Shown: positions 1-13,711 of the stretch, one piece after another | Layout of the letters: the number at the start of each line of letters is the position of its first letter | Numbering within the stretch: position 1 is the first letter of the stretch | Assembly: GCF_006345805.1 (NCBI RefSeq) | Contig: NC_042998.1 | Coordinates: 153,326,001-153,390,000, forward strand | Reading direction: 5' to 3' | Length of the DNA stretch: 64,000 nt | DNA from: Octopus sinensis | Taxonomy: Eukaryota | The notes under the pieces: generated by a model | The model's database searches: none | What the model saw: only the letters and a program-made list of their open reading frames with translations | Told to the model about the DNA's origin: nothing | Made by a program: the position numbers and the translations under genes

Positions 1-229
1 AATTTAAAGTAGTTGAATACACAGACCACAAATTCGTGATCTGTACAGTCAACTTAGATAGGCTTCATAGATAGGGACCCATTTAATGGAAGCTGAACAT
101 GTTGTTGCCAGCGCATAAAGATTTCAGTAACTAGATTAGTGAACTAGTCAAGAGGGCATTGACAGGAGCAATAATCAACAATAAATGGTGGTTGGCTCTG
201 AAAAAGGCAATTATAATAGAATCAATAAA

Positions 230-2640
230 GTTTTGCAAAAGACTAGCAGTAAAAAGAAACAGAGTAAATAGAGTTCATCAAGAAGTTAGATGAGGCTTTA
301 GAAAAGGCATCGCAACCGACACACTTGCAGAGAGATTGGCACTTCAACTCAAAACATGAAGGTTGCATGGACAGAGCTAAGGCATGAGCACTTAGACACG
401 AAGGAACAAAAACAGTTCAATAGACCTGAGTGACAGAGGCATGGCCAGGCAATAAATCCATGAACTGATCCTTGCTGGACCATGACAGGCAAATGATAAC
501 TGATCTGAGAGTGATGTGTGTGGTCTTTCAGCAGTGCTTTGCTCAACTGTTCAGGAGCAGCAGTGAGCTGGATCACAGGATGGATTTCACGTCCTACTTC
601 GACAGGCTGCAATAGCTCTCATCAACAGAGAAGGAGTGCTGGGAAAGGCTGAAAACAGCCTTTGAAATATGGGAAGAAATGACTAGCTGCATGAGGGGTA
701 AATTGCCTGATTTGGATGGTTTGCCCTATGAGCTTTACACTTACATGCCAGACTTGTTTGGTGACCTCTTAGCAAATGGTTACTGCAACTGGCAACAGAA
801 TGGGAGAATTCCCAATTCTGTAAGCCAAGGAGCAGTGGCATTGCTGAGAAAAGACCCAACAAAGGGGGATTGTATTGACACCTTTAGGCCCATAATTCTG
901 CTGAATGCAAAGTTCATAATTTTGGCTAAGGTGTCAGCTACAAGGTTGGAATTTGTCATTGGGAAACTGGTAGGGGAGGCACAGACATGTGCTATCCCAA
1001 AAAGATCCATTCATGACAACCTCCACCTCATGTGCTACATCATTGAGAAAGTGATTAAAGAACCTGGCACGGTGGGGCACTAATCAATTTAGATCATTGT
1101 AAAGCTTTTGATAAGGTTGACCATCTATACCTGGAAGTGGTCCTCAGGGCAGCTGGTTTCAGGCCTGTATTCAGGGACAGGATCACTGCAATGCACAGTT
1201 ACATCTGTTCAGTGGTCAGAGCTGTTCAACATCATGTGCTTGATTCGGCAATTTGGGAATATTGCCCCCTTCATCTCTTGTATGTATTGAATCTCAAGCC
1301 ACTACTACACAAACTGGAGGCATTGAGAGGCATCCTGCGTGACCTAGGATGTGGGAGATGCATGTTGGCATATGCCAACAAAGTCGCCATATTGGTGTTG
1401 GATCATAATGACATAGAAATGATGAGCACCGCTCCCAAGAACTACAAGGTGGTTTCAGGGTAAGTCAGTGGGTTTGTGATTTGGCACCCACAGAAGCAAG
1501 TCCATGCCATCCAATTGCATCATTGGGCACTGGACAGATGGACCAGTTAAATTGCTTGGGGTCTGGATCAGCCCGGACCTCCAGATAAACAAAATCTGGG
1601 ATGAGGTAATGAGTAGGGTGACTACTCTCAACCAGAGATGGGCTGAGAGAAAGCTATCCCTGAAAAGTCAGGCAGAGGTGGCTAATGCATATATTGCATC
1701 TGTCATCTACTATCACTTGACCATTGTGCCTTGTCTCGGCTACTGTCTGTTTACGTTGGAGTGTATACTTTTCAGCTTCTTGTGCAGTGGATGTGTCCTG
1801 ATGGTCAGCTGGTCATTCTACTGTCAACACCTGGGCATGCCATAGCTGATGATGCACTGAGGTTACAATATCTCTAGTGCTTCCTTGACAGTGAACAAGT
1901 GCAGTCACCGTTTGCCAGACATGTACTTCCACAGCTAGTTTCTTTAATGGAGCTGCAGTCCTGGGTAAAACAGAGATCAAGGAGGAGTATTTGGAAAGTG
2001 GGATGTCTTCAAGCACTCTCAGCCCTCAGCCAATCAGATACTGTGATAAGTGGAATGTCCACTTTAGCTTTTTATAGAGGGTTAGTGGAGGAAAAGTGTG
2101 ACGACCTTGAGTGTCGAAGAAGATCAGATAGCCACTCTTTTCTGGAAAGCTTTCAACCTGGAACCAATGGATAATTTTCAAAAATCTCTGGCCTGGCAGT
2201 ACTACAGGCACAGAAGTGCCATCAGCCAAGCATGTTGAGATGCATGCAGGACAACAAAACAGTCCTGCATGCATTCATCCAGTACCTGAGCATTGCTGAC
2301 ATTTAGGTTTATGTTGAACACCTACAGTCACATGTGTGACAGATCCAGCTGTCAACAATCCATCGTAAAGACATCCCACCACCTTCCTTTAACCGGGAAG
2401 GAAAGGCTGTGTTTTATACACCTGGCAGCCATGGCAAGAGAGGTTGTATAGTAGACGAGCTTGAATGGGCTGAAGAGAAACACCTTTCTCTTTGGCCAAT
2501 TCATGATCAACTTCCATGTGGAAAGGAAAATAAGGATAGAAAGTTTGCTGAAAAGTGGATGAAAGTGGCAAGAATATTGTGAGTGAATGGGCCTGCCCTA
2601 AACATGGACCTGTAGTTGGAAACAAGGAAATTAAAAAAAA
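230..2640 (+). mobile_element. Degraded Tx1/L1-clade non-LTR retrotransposon (RT region and C-terminus, many stops and frameshifts)
   Basis: ORFs 679-1083 (PDLDGLPYELY...FRPIILLN...QTCAIPKRSIHDN), 1137-1463, 1504-1845 and 1899-2174 are colinear fragments of an L1/Tx1-type RT. A-rich stretch near 2630. Confidence 0.85.
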
Positions 2641-3049
2641 AAGAAACTTGCCCTAACAGTCATGGTACTGATGGTGTTTTATGGGGTTGTTTTTTCCATG
2701 AGCAGCCCTCTAATGTCTCGTCCCAATTGAAGATTATACATTGTTGATTTAAAAAAATTTTTGTTAGTCTTGTTTACATGCAAAACCCTCACAATAACAC
2801 ACATTCTTTGTTTTGTCCTGTACTGTCCATAATGTTTTTCTTAATGTAAACTCTTGTGTTTAATAACGAAATCATTATTATTATTTTTTTAAATTTATTT
2901 TTAACTAAGATTTTGTTAGAACTCCTAGAGTTTTGCAGGCCTAATGGGCTTGCTGTCTTCAGCCTATGGTACCATACTATCTGTTCTTTTCAAATCTCTA
3001 ATACTTTCCTGATTATTCTGGCTGTATGAAGGAAGTAAACCTATTGTAA

Positions 3050-3800
3050 CTCTATTCCAATTTCCTTTATATTCCTTTGATGCCTTCTGATGCTGCATCC
3101 AATGACTCAACAATAATCAGCACTATCTTCACCTTCTTCATTTTCTAGGTTATTTCATACTTAACAGAACTGTATATATCTATTTTTTTGCCTTCCTTCT
3201 TCAATATTTGTGAGTCAAAGTGGGACATAACAGAAACTATATAACATCTGTGGTGTACCTTGTTCACCACTACTAGGTCCAGCTTATTATGCTCTAGCAT
3301 CTGATCTCTTTGGATTAAGAAATAAAACAAGATTTTGCAGGTCTCCAACTCTGCTACTCTCTGCAAACAAGATAATCTTTATTTCATGGGGATTGTGTCA
3401 GAGCATAGAGTATTGTGTTATTTCCCTTGAGAGGACCTCTCACATTGACTTGCTGTGCTTAAATGCACTCTAATTTATATCGTTGACAGACAAAAACCAT
3501 CTGCTATGGTTACTGGAAATGACAGATCACATGACTTTGCTCTGTTTTGAACACTTCAGGGACAGACATCACAACAACCAAATCTGCCATCCACAATATA
3601 CAAAACATCAGTATCTGTTCAGGCACTGATGTTGCAAATAGCAACTAATGGCAACAGAAACAGTATGAATACCAGAAGGTAATCTTTATTCCCAACTTAA
3701 TGTGCAGGTTGTGTGAGATTTTTTATGTACCATGATTCTATATGAGAGGCCTTCTCAAGGTAAATGCAATATTCTGTGTTCTAACATAACCTCCACATTA
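3050..3800 (-). mobile_element. Degraded REL-endonuclease non-LTR fragment (R4/Dong-like)
   Basis: ORF 3145-3366 LDLVVVNKVHHRCYIVSVMSHFDSQILKKEGKKIDIY resembles the PD-x-D...KxxKY REL domain. Confidence 0.55.
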
Positions 3801-4329
3801 ATTTTGAGGTAACGATTACCTTCTGTTATTCACACTGCTTATGTTGCTATTATTTAATATACATACATGCATGCACGCAGGCATGCATACATACATAATA
3901 TAAACAAAAAACATACAATGAAGAATGGTTAAACAAGTTATCAAGTGAGTATCATGTAAATTTCTCTCCTAAAATATACATCACCTAGGAGACCTGATAG
4001 TAGGCTACTGGTTCAAGAAAATTCTCACAACCCTGTTTTAAAAAACAAAGAATGCTGAGCTGGATATACCAGATTGACTGACAGTGGTATGAAAATCTTC
4101 CTGTACTAGTTCTGTAACATAGCAACAGATGGCAGCACATAGTTGCAAGGGCAGTGAGAGCTAGCAGTGAATTTCATGAGACAGTATGCTAAGTGACATT
4201 GCAGTGTTCTGAAATTTGTGTTTTTGTGATAATGTGTATGCTGTAGTCTGCGAATTTTGTCATGGGCTAGAAGTTGGAACAAAGAGCCCATATGAAAAGG
4301 CAATGGGTCACATGCAATGATTCAAGTGA

Positions 4330-4825
4330 CACAGGTGTTTCAAAAGGCATGACAGAGCCACAGCTCAGTCAAGAGCATGCTCATCATTTTCTTCGATATT
4401 CGCAGTATTTTGCATCAAACATTCATCTCCCGGGGCCAGACCATCAATCCAGAGTTCTACTGCAACATTTTCAAGTGTTTGAGAGAGGACATTCAATGAA
4501 AGTGACTAGATCTGTGGAGCACAAACAATTGGATTCTTCATGACAACAATGCATCCTGTCTCTGAGTTCTCCTTGTTCATGAATTTCTCACGAAAATCAT
4601 GGTATTACTTCTGCATCCACCCTATTCACCAGATTTAGCACCTGCAGGCTTCTATCTCTTCCCCAAGATGAAAGGGAAGTTCAAAGGTCGCCATATGAAC
4701 ACTATTGTCAAGATCCAGGCCAGATTCCAAAAGTGGCAGGAATGCTGGGACCAGTGTATTATTATTGTATAAATTACTTTTTGCTAAACATAACTAGTCC
4801 AGAAACTTTTTGATACCACCATTTA
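4330..4825 (+). mobile_element. Mariner/Tc1 transposase relic
   Basis: Manual translation across frames gives PGQTINPEFYCNIFKCLREDI...WILHDNNA...HPPYSPDLAPAGFYLFPKMKG, which includes the mariner YSPDLAP motif. Confidence 0.8.
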
Positions 4826-7104
4826 CCCTCAAGAACTATGTGGTCAAAAACTGTAGACTCATAGCAAACTTAAATGTTATGTACAAACTGTACACAAGTT
4901 GCTTGAATATGTTTCTTCAAGATCACTGCCAAATAAATAGCATGATAACTTATGAACAGCCTGGAGGAAAGATATGAAAGTTGGGTGTGCTGAACAGCTC
5001 CTTCTCAACAAAGCTTCCTTAATGAAGCCAAGCAACATTGCTGTAGTCTACTGTAGTCTAACAATATAGTTAGACTACAAGAAGGCATTCAACACTATGC
5101 CTCACACAAAGATGACAGAATCACTGCACTTTACCAAAGAACAAGCTGCTGTGTAGACCACATGGTCCACACAATTATCACTTAGAACTAACCAGAAAAG
5201 CACTCACAGAGCGCAGACCTCCACCAAGCAGCTCATTTCCACCCATATGCACGCATGCTGAAAATCGCCCAATTTCCCAAACCAACGCTGGCAAAAACAT
5301 AACCTTCTTGGCAGGGTTAAAAAAAAATATCACAGCCATATGATTTTAAAAAAACCCTTTAGAAATAGGAATCATCTGAAGCAGTTATACTACATCAATG
5401 ACAACAGTAAGCTAGTTTCACCATACAACTAAAAAGAAACAGCAATTACCTAAAACTTGAGTGATATACACACAACGCGAGTAAAATAGCTAATAGAGAA
5501 ACGAAAATAAACTTTGGAAACAGCAACACCACCATTGGTTACATTGAAACAATGAATGTGTTTTCAAGGGAGATAATAAAAGAACGTAAGATTGTAATAC
5601 TTCATGTAAAGTAAATATAACAAATGAAAAATCCTTCAAGAATCCATAAAAATACCCGAATCACTACCAAAATTTTATCATCTGTTCCTTGTCCTTACCA
5701 ACTTTTCCTGCAAGTTTCATCAAGTACCATTCACAACTTTTTAACGGACAAACCAATGCCAATGAAAACATAACCTCCTTCCTTGGCAGTGGTAATAAAG
5801 CAACGCCTATTGTTACAAACAGAAACTACTATCACCAGGCACATAGCTTATCTCTAATGTTGATTGTACTGACAGTGAACCTCCTGTCAGCTCTGTTAAC
5901 AAAATGCTAACATGTTAGGATAGGTAGAGGAGGATAAAATTAATGTCCTCCACACATTCTTTGTTGATGCACTGAAGTTATAATCTGGCAACATGCTCAA
6001 CATTAGGAGACAATCAGAACTAATCATAACATTCTCACAAGACACAGATATGGAGTTTGGATGAGATAAATGCTCATACATGATAATCAAATAAGGAAAG
6101 ATTGTTGACTAGATAGAGAACATGTACATCAATGGCTTTTCTATCTCCCTTATTTGTAATGATGAAAACTCCAAGTATCTCTGAATCAATGAAAATTTTG
6201 CATATGAAAGTGCTATGATTAGGCTCTAGAAAGTATGGAACTTAGTGCTGTCTGCATTAAAACTATAAAAATAGAATCACATGCAGTCGTATCGTATAGG
6301 GAATACAATCGCACGCGATCCCATTCTTAATGAAATATTACAGACCAGATAATACATGCAGCGGCAATAGCACATAAGTGGAGTGACAACAAGATTTCTT
6401 TTTGAGATATAAACATTATTTATTTTACACATTTTACAATCCTGTTGGTTGGAAGTTTGTAAGTGTTAGCATGTTTTTGTGTCTGTGTGTTCGTGAGGCA
6501 TAAGAGGTACTGACCAGTGAAATAACAATGGAATTTGGTTCACAGTTCATGTTGTTGGCATCAGCCTAGCAACAGGTAGTAGCAGATGGCTTAAGGTAGT
6601 TCTTAGAAGAACTAGAACTCAAGAACAGATAGAGGTACACGGAGTGTAAGTGTTCCATATCAAGATGTTGCGTCTCGTAGTCGAGTTTAATTGAATCACT
6701 TGTTGTGTTTATCTTTCTCTTGATATGAATATACTTCCAGATGTGTTAACTGTAGCCGTTTTTCCCGTGGTGAGATTTTCACCTAACCGCTATAGTTGAA
6801 TCTGTAGTTGTCTTGTGTACAATTTAAATCTTCGATGTTCGGCGATGAGTTGTGTCTGTCGCTTGGTTTTTTTTCTCTTGATATAATGGTGGTCGCCTGC
6901 CTTTCGAACTGGAACATGGTCGAGTATGCTCTGTGTGGTCAGAGGTCCATTCTGAGAAGAACTAGAACCAAAGATGAACTCTGTGGTCAGAGGTTCGCCC
7001 TGAGAAGGGCTGTAACCTAAGACGGATATTTGTCTGAGAACATTTCTTTATATAAGGTTTATGTGGCTCAAAACGCACTTCAGAAATGAAAAGCTGTGAT
7101 TTGC

Positions 7105-7205
7105 TGCTTGGAACAATGGCGCGAAAATAAGCGGAGGCAAATCGCGTCACGTGACAACCAGCGCTGCAAACGTAGTAGAGACCACGTGTCAGCCAATCGA
7201 ATTAG
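7105..7205. promoter_or_regulatory. CpG-rich promoter-like patch
   Basis: GGCGCGAAAA (E2F-like), GTCACGTGAC and CCACGTG (E-boxes) and AGCCAATC (CCAAT) within about 90 bp of otherwise AT-rich DNA. Motif match only. Confidence 0.3.
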
Positions 7206-7269
7206 TGTTTACAACAATGTTAAACTAGCCGAAGATGTTTGTAATCTCGAACGAGATTATTCTTAATAC

Positions 7270-7850
7270 TCTTCTCAAACAGTGAAGATAGCAATGAGGG
7301 AACGATATTGCTACAAAACCATATCTCACAATGCTTTTACAGTGCCTGATTTTAGTAACAACATTTAGAATATTGGAATAGACACTCAACAAGTTACACA
7401 CAGCCTGGACATCAAAACCAAAAAGGTACTAACCACCACTGGCAGCTTCCACATCAACATTAACACCACTAGGATCTATGTGAGTGGTGGCAGTAAAGAC
7501 ATAAGATCTGTCCAAACAACCTTTGAACAATCATATATTCACACCTTTAAAAACAAGGAATATTTCTAGACCACTTCTATAAAAATAGCAATTCAGTACA
7601 AACATAACAGACCTGATATTGACCTGTGGGTCAGGGAACAAAGGTCATGCACTGTTGTAAAGATCAGCTGCCCAGTGGTTGTGAAAAGTCCAGGAAAAAG
7701 AGAACATTTGTGGTAAATTAAGACAGAACTTAGAGCTCTTGTACCATAAAATACTAGGTTTTGCAAAGAAAGAACAAAAGAAATTGATGTAGGTTCTCTA
7801 AATCCCATCTATTATTGGTTTAGTTTGTAAGGCATTCTGAAGATTTTCAA
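7270..7850 (+). mobile_element. Degraded REL-type non-LTR C-terminal fragment
   Basis: NRPDIDLWVREQRSCTVVKISCP readable at about 7607-7675 (REL PD..D motif). Heavily decayed. Confidence 0.45.
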
Positions 7851-8199
7851 TATGAAATTTTTTAGCTGAATAGTTGCATACACTTAAGTGAGTGCATCGA
7901 CAGCTCAACCAATACACCAACTCAACCATATGTTTACCATCACCAGGAATTCTCAGAGATTTGTTGCTTCATTAACGACTGGCTTGAACTTAAATTTAAA
8001 TAAACTCAAAGAAACAAACATGCATGCATGTGTACGTATGTACATACATGCATGTACATATATACATACATACATACACACACACACATACATACATACT
8101 TACTTACTTACATGCAAACATACATGTATATTAATGCCTGTCTATATGCCCTGTCTACTACTGCAAAGCAGCACATAGATGATGTTCAAGAAGTAAACA

Positions 8200-9827
8200 A
8201 AATTTGAACAACAATGGTCGTGAACCCCCTCCATTTGATAGATCAGTACCTCCAATGCCTAGATTGGTCATCACTCGGGATGAAGTCGACCGAGTTATTT
8301 AAGGCCTCAATGTCAACAAGGGTCATAGCCCTGACAGCATACACCTACACGTTATCAAAGTGTTGGCTCCGGTCATCTGCGAACCTTTAACACTTCTATT
8401 CAATATGTCATTGGCGACGGGTGTTATACCTGCGGACTGGAGAACAGTGATAATCTGCCCAATTTTCAAGAAAGGGAGCCATGAAGACCTGCTTAACTAC
8501 CGACCGGTTTCCCTTACTTCAATAATCAGCAAGATGTTCGAAACCATCCTTAAGAAAAGTATGTTGCTCCACCTCCAAAACACAGCCTCTATCTCTGATT
8601 CCCAACACGGCTTCGTGCCGAAGAGATCATGCTTGACCAACTTTCTGGTACTGGAAGAATTGGTGACGCGTATCCTGGATGATGGTGATGCTGTTGACAT
8701 CGTTTTATTGGACTTTGCCAAAGCTTTTGACTTGGTTAACCACCGCCTATTACTTGTCAAGCTTCAAGCATATAGTTTCCATCCGGATATTGTACGATGG
8801 GTTGGTGCCTTCCTCTCAGATCGCTCCTTCCAAGTCCAAGTTAATGGTTCGCTGTCCGACGTCTCCAGTGAGAGCAGTGGCGTGCCTCAAGGTTCAGTGC
8901 TTGGGCCCTTATTGTTTTTAGTCTTCATATATGACTTGCCCGACGACCTCACACAACACACCCTTCTATTTGCCGATGATGTCAAACTGGTCGCTCCTCG
9001 TGGTGATATAGATGATCTTCGTCGATGCCTCCACCAAGTTTGGAGATGGTCTAACGAATGGGACCTGTGTCTGAACGTGTCAAAGTGCTGTCATCTGCCT
9101 GTTGGCTCTTCTGCAACTCAACTTGATTTCGAGCCGGGTTGTCTGCTGCTGGAGAGGACCGACCAGGTAAAGGACCTGGATATCTTGGTGGATTCTTCCT
9201 TTTCACCTTCGGCCCAGTGCGTCCATGCTGCCAACAAAGCACGCGGAGTTCTGTTTTTGATTCGATGGTCATTCGGAATGCTCACAGCAGCCATATTCCT
9301 ACTGTTCTATGTCACGCTGGTGAGACCCAAGCCTCTTCTTATCTCCTCAAAGACATACATCATTTCAAAAGAGTCTAGAAGTTGGCTACCCGCATGGTTC
9401 TTGGTCTCAAGCATTTGTCTTATGAAGAAAGGCTGAAGACGCTCAACCTTTATTCTCTAGAAAAACGCCGCCGCCATGGTGATCTCATTCTTGCTCACAA
9501 CATCATAAGCGGAAAGTGTAACCTCTCGAAAGAGCTGTTCTTCACTCCTGCTCCAGAGCGTTGGCTGCGGGGTCACTCTGAAAAGCTCTATCTGCAACGA
9601 TTTCATCTCAATCGAAGGAGAGGGGCTTTCTCCGTCCGGGTTGTGGATCCATGGAATAAGCTGCCGGACGAGATAGTGAAGATGCCGACGACCGCTCGTT
9701 TCAAAGTCTCTCTTGACCAGAAATGGCCTGAACTCTTTGCATGAACACCTTCCCTGTACATAACTCTATGTCACCCTACATGGCCTTGCTTTTTGCTTTT
9801 TGAGCCAAAAAATTAACTTAACTTAAC
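8200..9827 (+). mobile_element. 5'-truncated CR1-clade LINE (RT, one frameshift)
   Basis: ORFs 8360-9436 (NYRPVSLTS, QHGF, DFAKAFD, GVPQGSVLGPLLF, FADD) and 9382-9744 (LSYEERL...RGH...FSVRVVDPWNKLP). Ends in a (TTAAC)n tail at about 9813-9827. Confidence 0.92.
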
Positions 9828-9829
9828 AA

Positions 9830-10450
9830 TGAAAGTGTCATTATGGGTTTGAAGACAGAGAAAAAGATAGCTGATTTATGAAAGACCTTCAGCCATGTGA
9901 TGATGCTTATTACAAATCATTACATATCTCACCAACAAAAAGTGAAAAAGGAGATAGAAGTGATGTTTAGAGATAGCAAAAAGAGGACACTCACTTGCAA
10001 ACTGATCAATCTCAAGCAGGAGCAAAATGCTGTCAGCAAAAAACTCTGACATTAGAAGAGAATAACCAAGAGAAAAACAATAAACAAAAAATTTAACTGG
10101 AACCAGTGAACAGTATACAGAGACACAAGAAGAGAAGCAGTGAATGTCATAGAAGCTTTTTTCATGAAAAGACAGACATGTTCAGGTGGAAAAAAGAGAT
10201 GGAGTTTAACTGAGATGCTCTTTGCCTGGAAGAAATTCAAAGAAGTTATTGTCCTTGCATTACTCCTAAGACATACAACATTAATGGTGATACCCTTGCA
10301 ACTACCATCCAGAAACTCCAGGATGGAAAAACACCTGGAAGAGACTTGATTGTTGGCACAAGAATTTAACCTTATCAACTTGTACCAGCAAGCTTTCAAT
10401 GGGAATAGTAGCTCCCGATGCAGTGAGTGGTGAACACAGGAGGAGGCAAG
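9830..10450 (+). mobile_element. Degraded pre-RT region of a REL-type (Dong/R4-like) non-LTR element
   Basis: YCPCITPKTYNINGDTLATTIQKLQDGKTPGRDLIVG readable at about 10246-10356 (KxPGxD motif that precedes RT). Confidence 0.45.
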
Positions 10451-11034
10451 ATGAATTGTGAATACCTATTGAAGGGGAAGGTGAAGGAAGTTCGTGTGGA
10501 TCAGAGAGGATGGCAACAAGATATATATGTTTAAAAAAAAAAAGACCCACCACCATCAGTCATGAATGACTATAGAATTGCACCTGGAAAGTTACCTTCC
10601 AAGGCACAAGTTCAAACCAGGAAGAGCAACAGTTGCCCATGCATACCAGCCTCCCCTCTCCATGCCACTGATGTTATCCAAGGGAAAGGCAAAGGCCAAT
10701 ACAGCTTGGCACCAGTGATGTTGCAACTCATTTCTACAGCTGAGTGAACTAGAACACAACACACAGTCCAGTCCAAGAATTGAACTCACTACCTCATGAT
10801 TGTGAGCCCAACACTTTATCCACTGAATCATGTATATATACATATATTTTTGTATTTTCATTTGCATTTGTAGCAACTCCAGTTGCTAGCTATGAGCTAT
10901 TCAGAAACTTTCAACTGATCAAATTTCCTCTTAACTTTGATATGGGAAAAGTATATAATGCCAATAAATTATTGTTCCTGATCATACACTGTCCTCTTTT
11001 TGGTTTCTATACCTACCATGAAGTATACCATATT

Positions 11035-11164
11035 GAAAGCTTGCTGGTACAAGTTGATAAGGTTAAATTCTTGTGCCAACAATCAAGTCTCTTCCAGGTG
11101 TTTTTCCATCCTGGAGTTTCTGGATGGTAGTTGCAAGGGTATCACCATCAATGTTGTATGTCTT
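11035..11164 (-). repeat. Inverted copy of 10268-10400 flanked by a 16-bp direct duplication
   Basis: 11032-11164 is the reverse complement of 10268-10400 with 1 mismatch seen. TGAAGTATACCATATT occurs at 11019-11034 and 11164-11179. Confidence 0.9.
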
Positions 11165-11699
11165 GAAGTATACCATATTCCTACATTCAGATCTCTGGAT
11201 CTTACCCATGTATATCAACATATATATATAATCAAAAGAAAAGAATATTAAATTTGCTTTTAACTAGTATGAAATCAAAGTTTTTACTTCACCCAGAAGC
11301 TTATTCTTGGTGAGATTTCTGATCCCAAACTATTTTGTCTGTCATTTTATTTTTTACGCTCCTCACCACATCACTCAAATAAAATACCAGTCAGTATTGA
11401 GTCAAGTTAATCAAGTCACTTTTTCCTCCTTACCCACATATTTGTGGTCTTATCTATACTAGAAACAATTATTACTTTTGATGCTGGAACATCTCAAATT
11501 TCAGGCAGGATACAATTGATATTATAGATCCTGTTATTGTATTGTACTGACATCAGGGATAGGGAATGTTGACTTCATCAAAATCTGAAATCAGAAAATA
11601 CTAGAAGATAATTTAGTTGGTTCATTGCTTTACCATTTCTGTTAATCCACTCTAACTGATATAATCAACAATAAACAATGCACATAATTATTATTCTTT

Positions 11700-11875
11700 C
11701 CATTATAGGCACAAGGCTTGAAATTTTGAGGGAAGGGGCTAGTTGATTATATCAACCCCAGTACTTGACTGATGCTTTGTTTTATTGACTTTAAAGAAAG
11801 GCAAAGAAAATAGAGCTGGAAGATATGCCACAAAGCATTTTCTCCAATGCACTAACAATTCTGCCATCTCACTGC
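11700..11875 (-). mobile_element. Degraded SINE (family with (ATT)n tail)
   Basis: Reverse-complement similarity to the copies at 30712-31190 (ggccttgtgcctat...ggattattatt). Confidence 0.6.
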
Positions 11876-13433
11876 CTAAATAATGATAGCAACAACAACA
11901 GTTTTATGAGTAATTTTGGACTACAAACAGTAGAACTTATTCACACATATATGTAAAAATTCAATAACTTTGTTTGACATCTCAACTAGTGAGGCTTAAG
12001 AAGAAAATAAAAACAAAAGAAATAATTTATGTATACAAATATTTTAAAAGTTTATTCAATGTCATATATTTTTCAATTTTTGAAACAATGTTAAAAGTAA
12101 TATTTTCACAGTCAGAAGGATCCATATGGATGTTTTTTTATTGGTTTTGGTGAGAATATTCCAAATATATCTCTAGTTTTCTGTAGAGTAAAGTGAATGA
12201 GAGCTAATTATGCCTCAGGAGAGGAAGCTAATCTTTTGTTGGTAGCTTTCCTCCCATTAACAATTATAGTTGGTATTGTAAACCAAATAAATATTTATTA
12301 TCTCCCATGATACAGCTGCTGTCTACTACAACAGTGAATTACAAATACTTGTGTAGCTATACAGAGCTAAGCAGACATTGCTAGTGAACTTCTTAGCTAT
12401 GGAAGCAAAACAGTACTACATAAAGCAAAACCTAATCTTTTGGTTGCCTCATCACAGCCATTTTTTGGTATTTTTAGTTAACCGAAAATCCCTTTTGTTG
12501 CCATATTTGTATTAAAAAAAACATTACTTTTGTTTCAAATAATATGTAACATAATGAAGAATACAGTTTAAATTACTTTGTTAAGTTGGTGTCTCAAACA
12601 AATTGAGAAAATTTTAATGGCCAATTTTAATTTAGATCACTTTAAAATAAAGTTTGTGCCAGAACCAGGGGCAGTTTCACTTGGGTCAGTATTAAAAGGG
12701 TTAATATGTAAGGCAAACTTGAATTTATTAAAAAAATATTCATCTACCACTGAATATGCATTTAGCTCTTCCAAGGAAATGTTTAACTTTCCAAATCACA
12801 TAGATCTGATCAACTGTTAATTATTCTAATCATTATATCCTTGCTAGAGTAGCGCAACTAAACAAAGCAGCATATAAACACAAGATATGTCATATATTCA
12901 TTGTCTTCAGATATAACATACAACTGCATATTACATATCTTTTTAATTACATGCTTGTGTGTGTGTGTGTACATGTGTATGTAAGCATGTATGTATGGGT
13001 GTGAGCATGTTAGTGTGGTTAAGTAGTACCTTGGGCAAGTGTCTTCCACTATATCTCTAGGTTGACCAAAAACTTTTGAATGAATCTATGAGATGCACAC
13101 ACACACACATATCTGTGTGTCATGAGTGTATGTGTTTCTTAAATGTAGCACATAAATTATAAACTAAAAGTCATCATCATTTGCAATCTTCCATGAAAAA
13201 ATGTCCGACCATGTTGTTCATGTTGGAAGGACTAGGTGATATACTATCTTAGTGGAAATGAGGCAGAATTGTCGGCAGGAAAAGTATCTGCCTCAGAGAA
13301 ATTCATTAGGTCTGTGAATGTATGAGAAAGTGGACATCAAAATTACTATGATACTCACACTTACATACATGCATATACACATGTTTATGTATGCATATAT
13401 ATCTATATATATGCATATCTATCTGTCTATCTA

Positions 13434-13473
<40 letters not shown>

Positions 13474-13567
13474 ATCCAAACATGAAAACACAAAGAGAAA
13501 ACACAACAACGCGAGGATGTGGAACAAGTATAGTGTTATTGGACGCTCAGGAAAGAAAAGAAAGGAG

Positions 13568-13603
13568 GATTTAACGTTTCGAGTGGAGCTCTTCGTCAGA
13601 AAC
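13568..13603 (-). ncRNA. Penelope-type minimal hammerhead ribozyme motif
   Basis: Minus strand GUUU-CUGACGA-A-GAG(CUCCA)CUC-GAAACGUU-AAAUC: core CUGANGA and GAAAC, 3-bp stem II, palindromic AACGUU stem III, stem I GUUU/AAAU. Confidence 0.55.
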
Positions 13604-13643
13604 ATAGGAAAAGGAAAGATCCAAGAAGGGAAGATGGAGGAAA

Positions 13644-13711
<68 letters not shown>

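Noticed and set aside
12578-12820. 80-aa ORF
   Set aside because: No recognisable homology or splice context.
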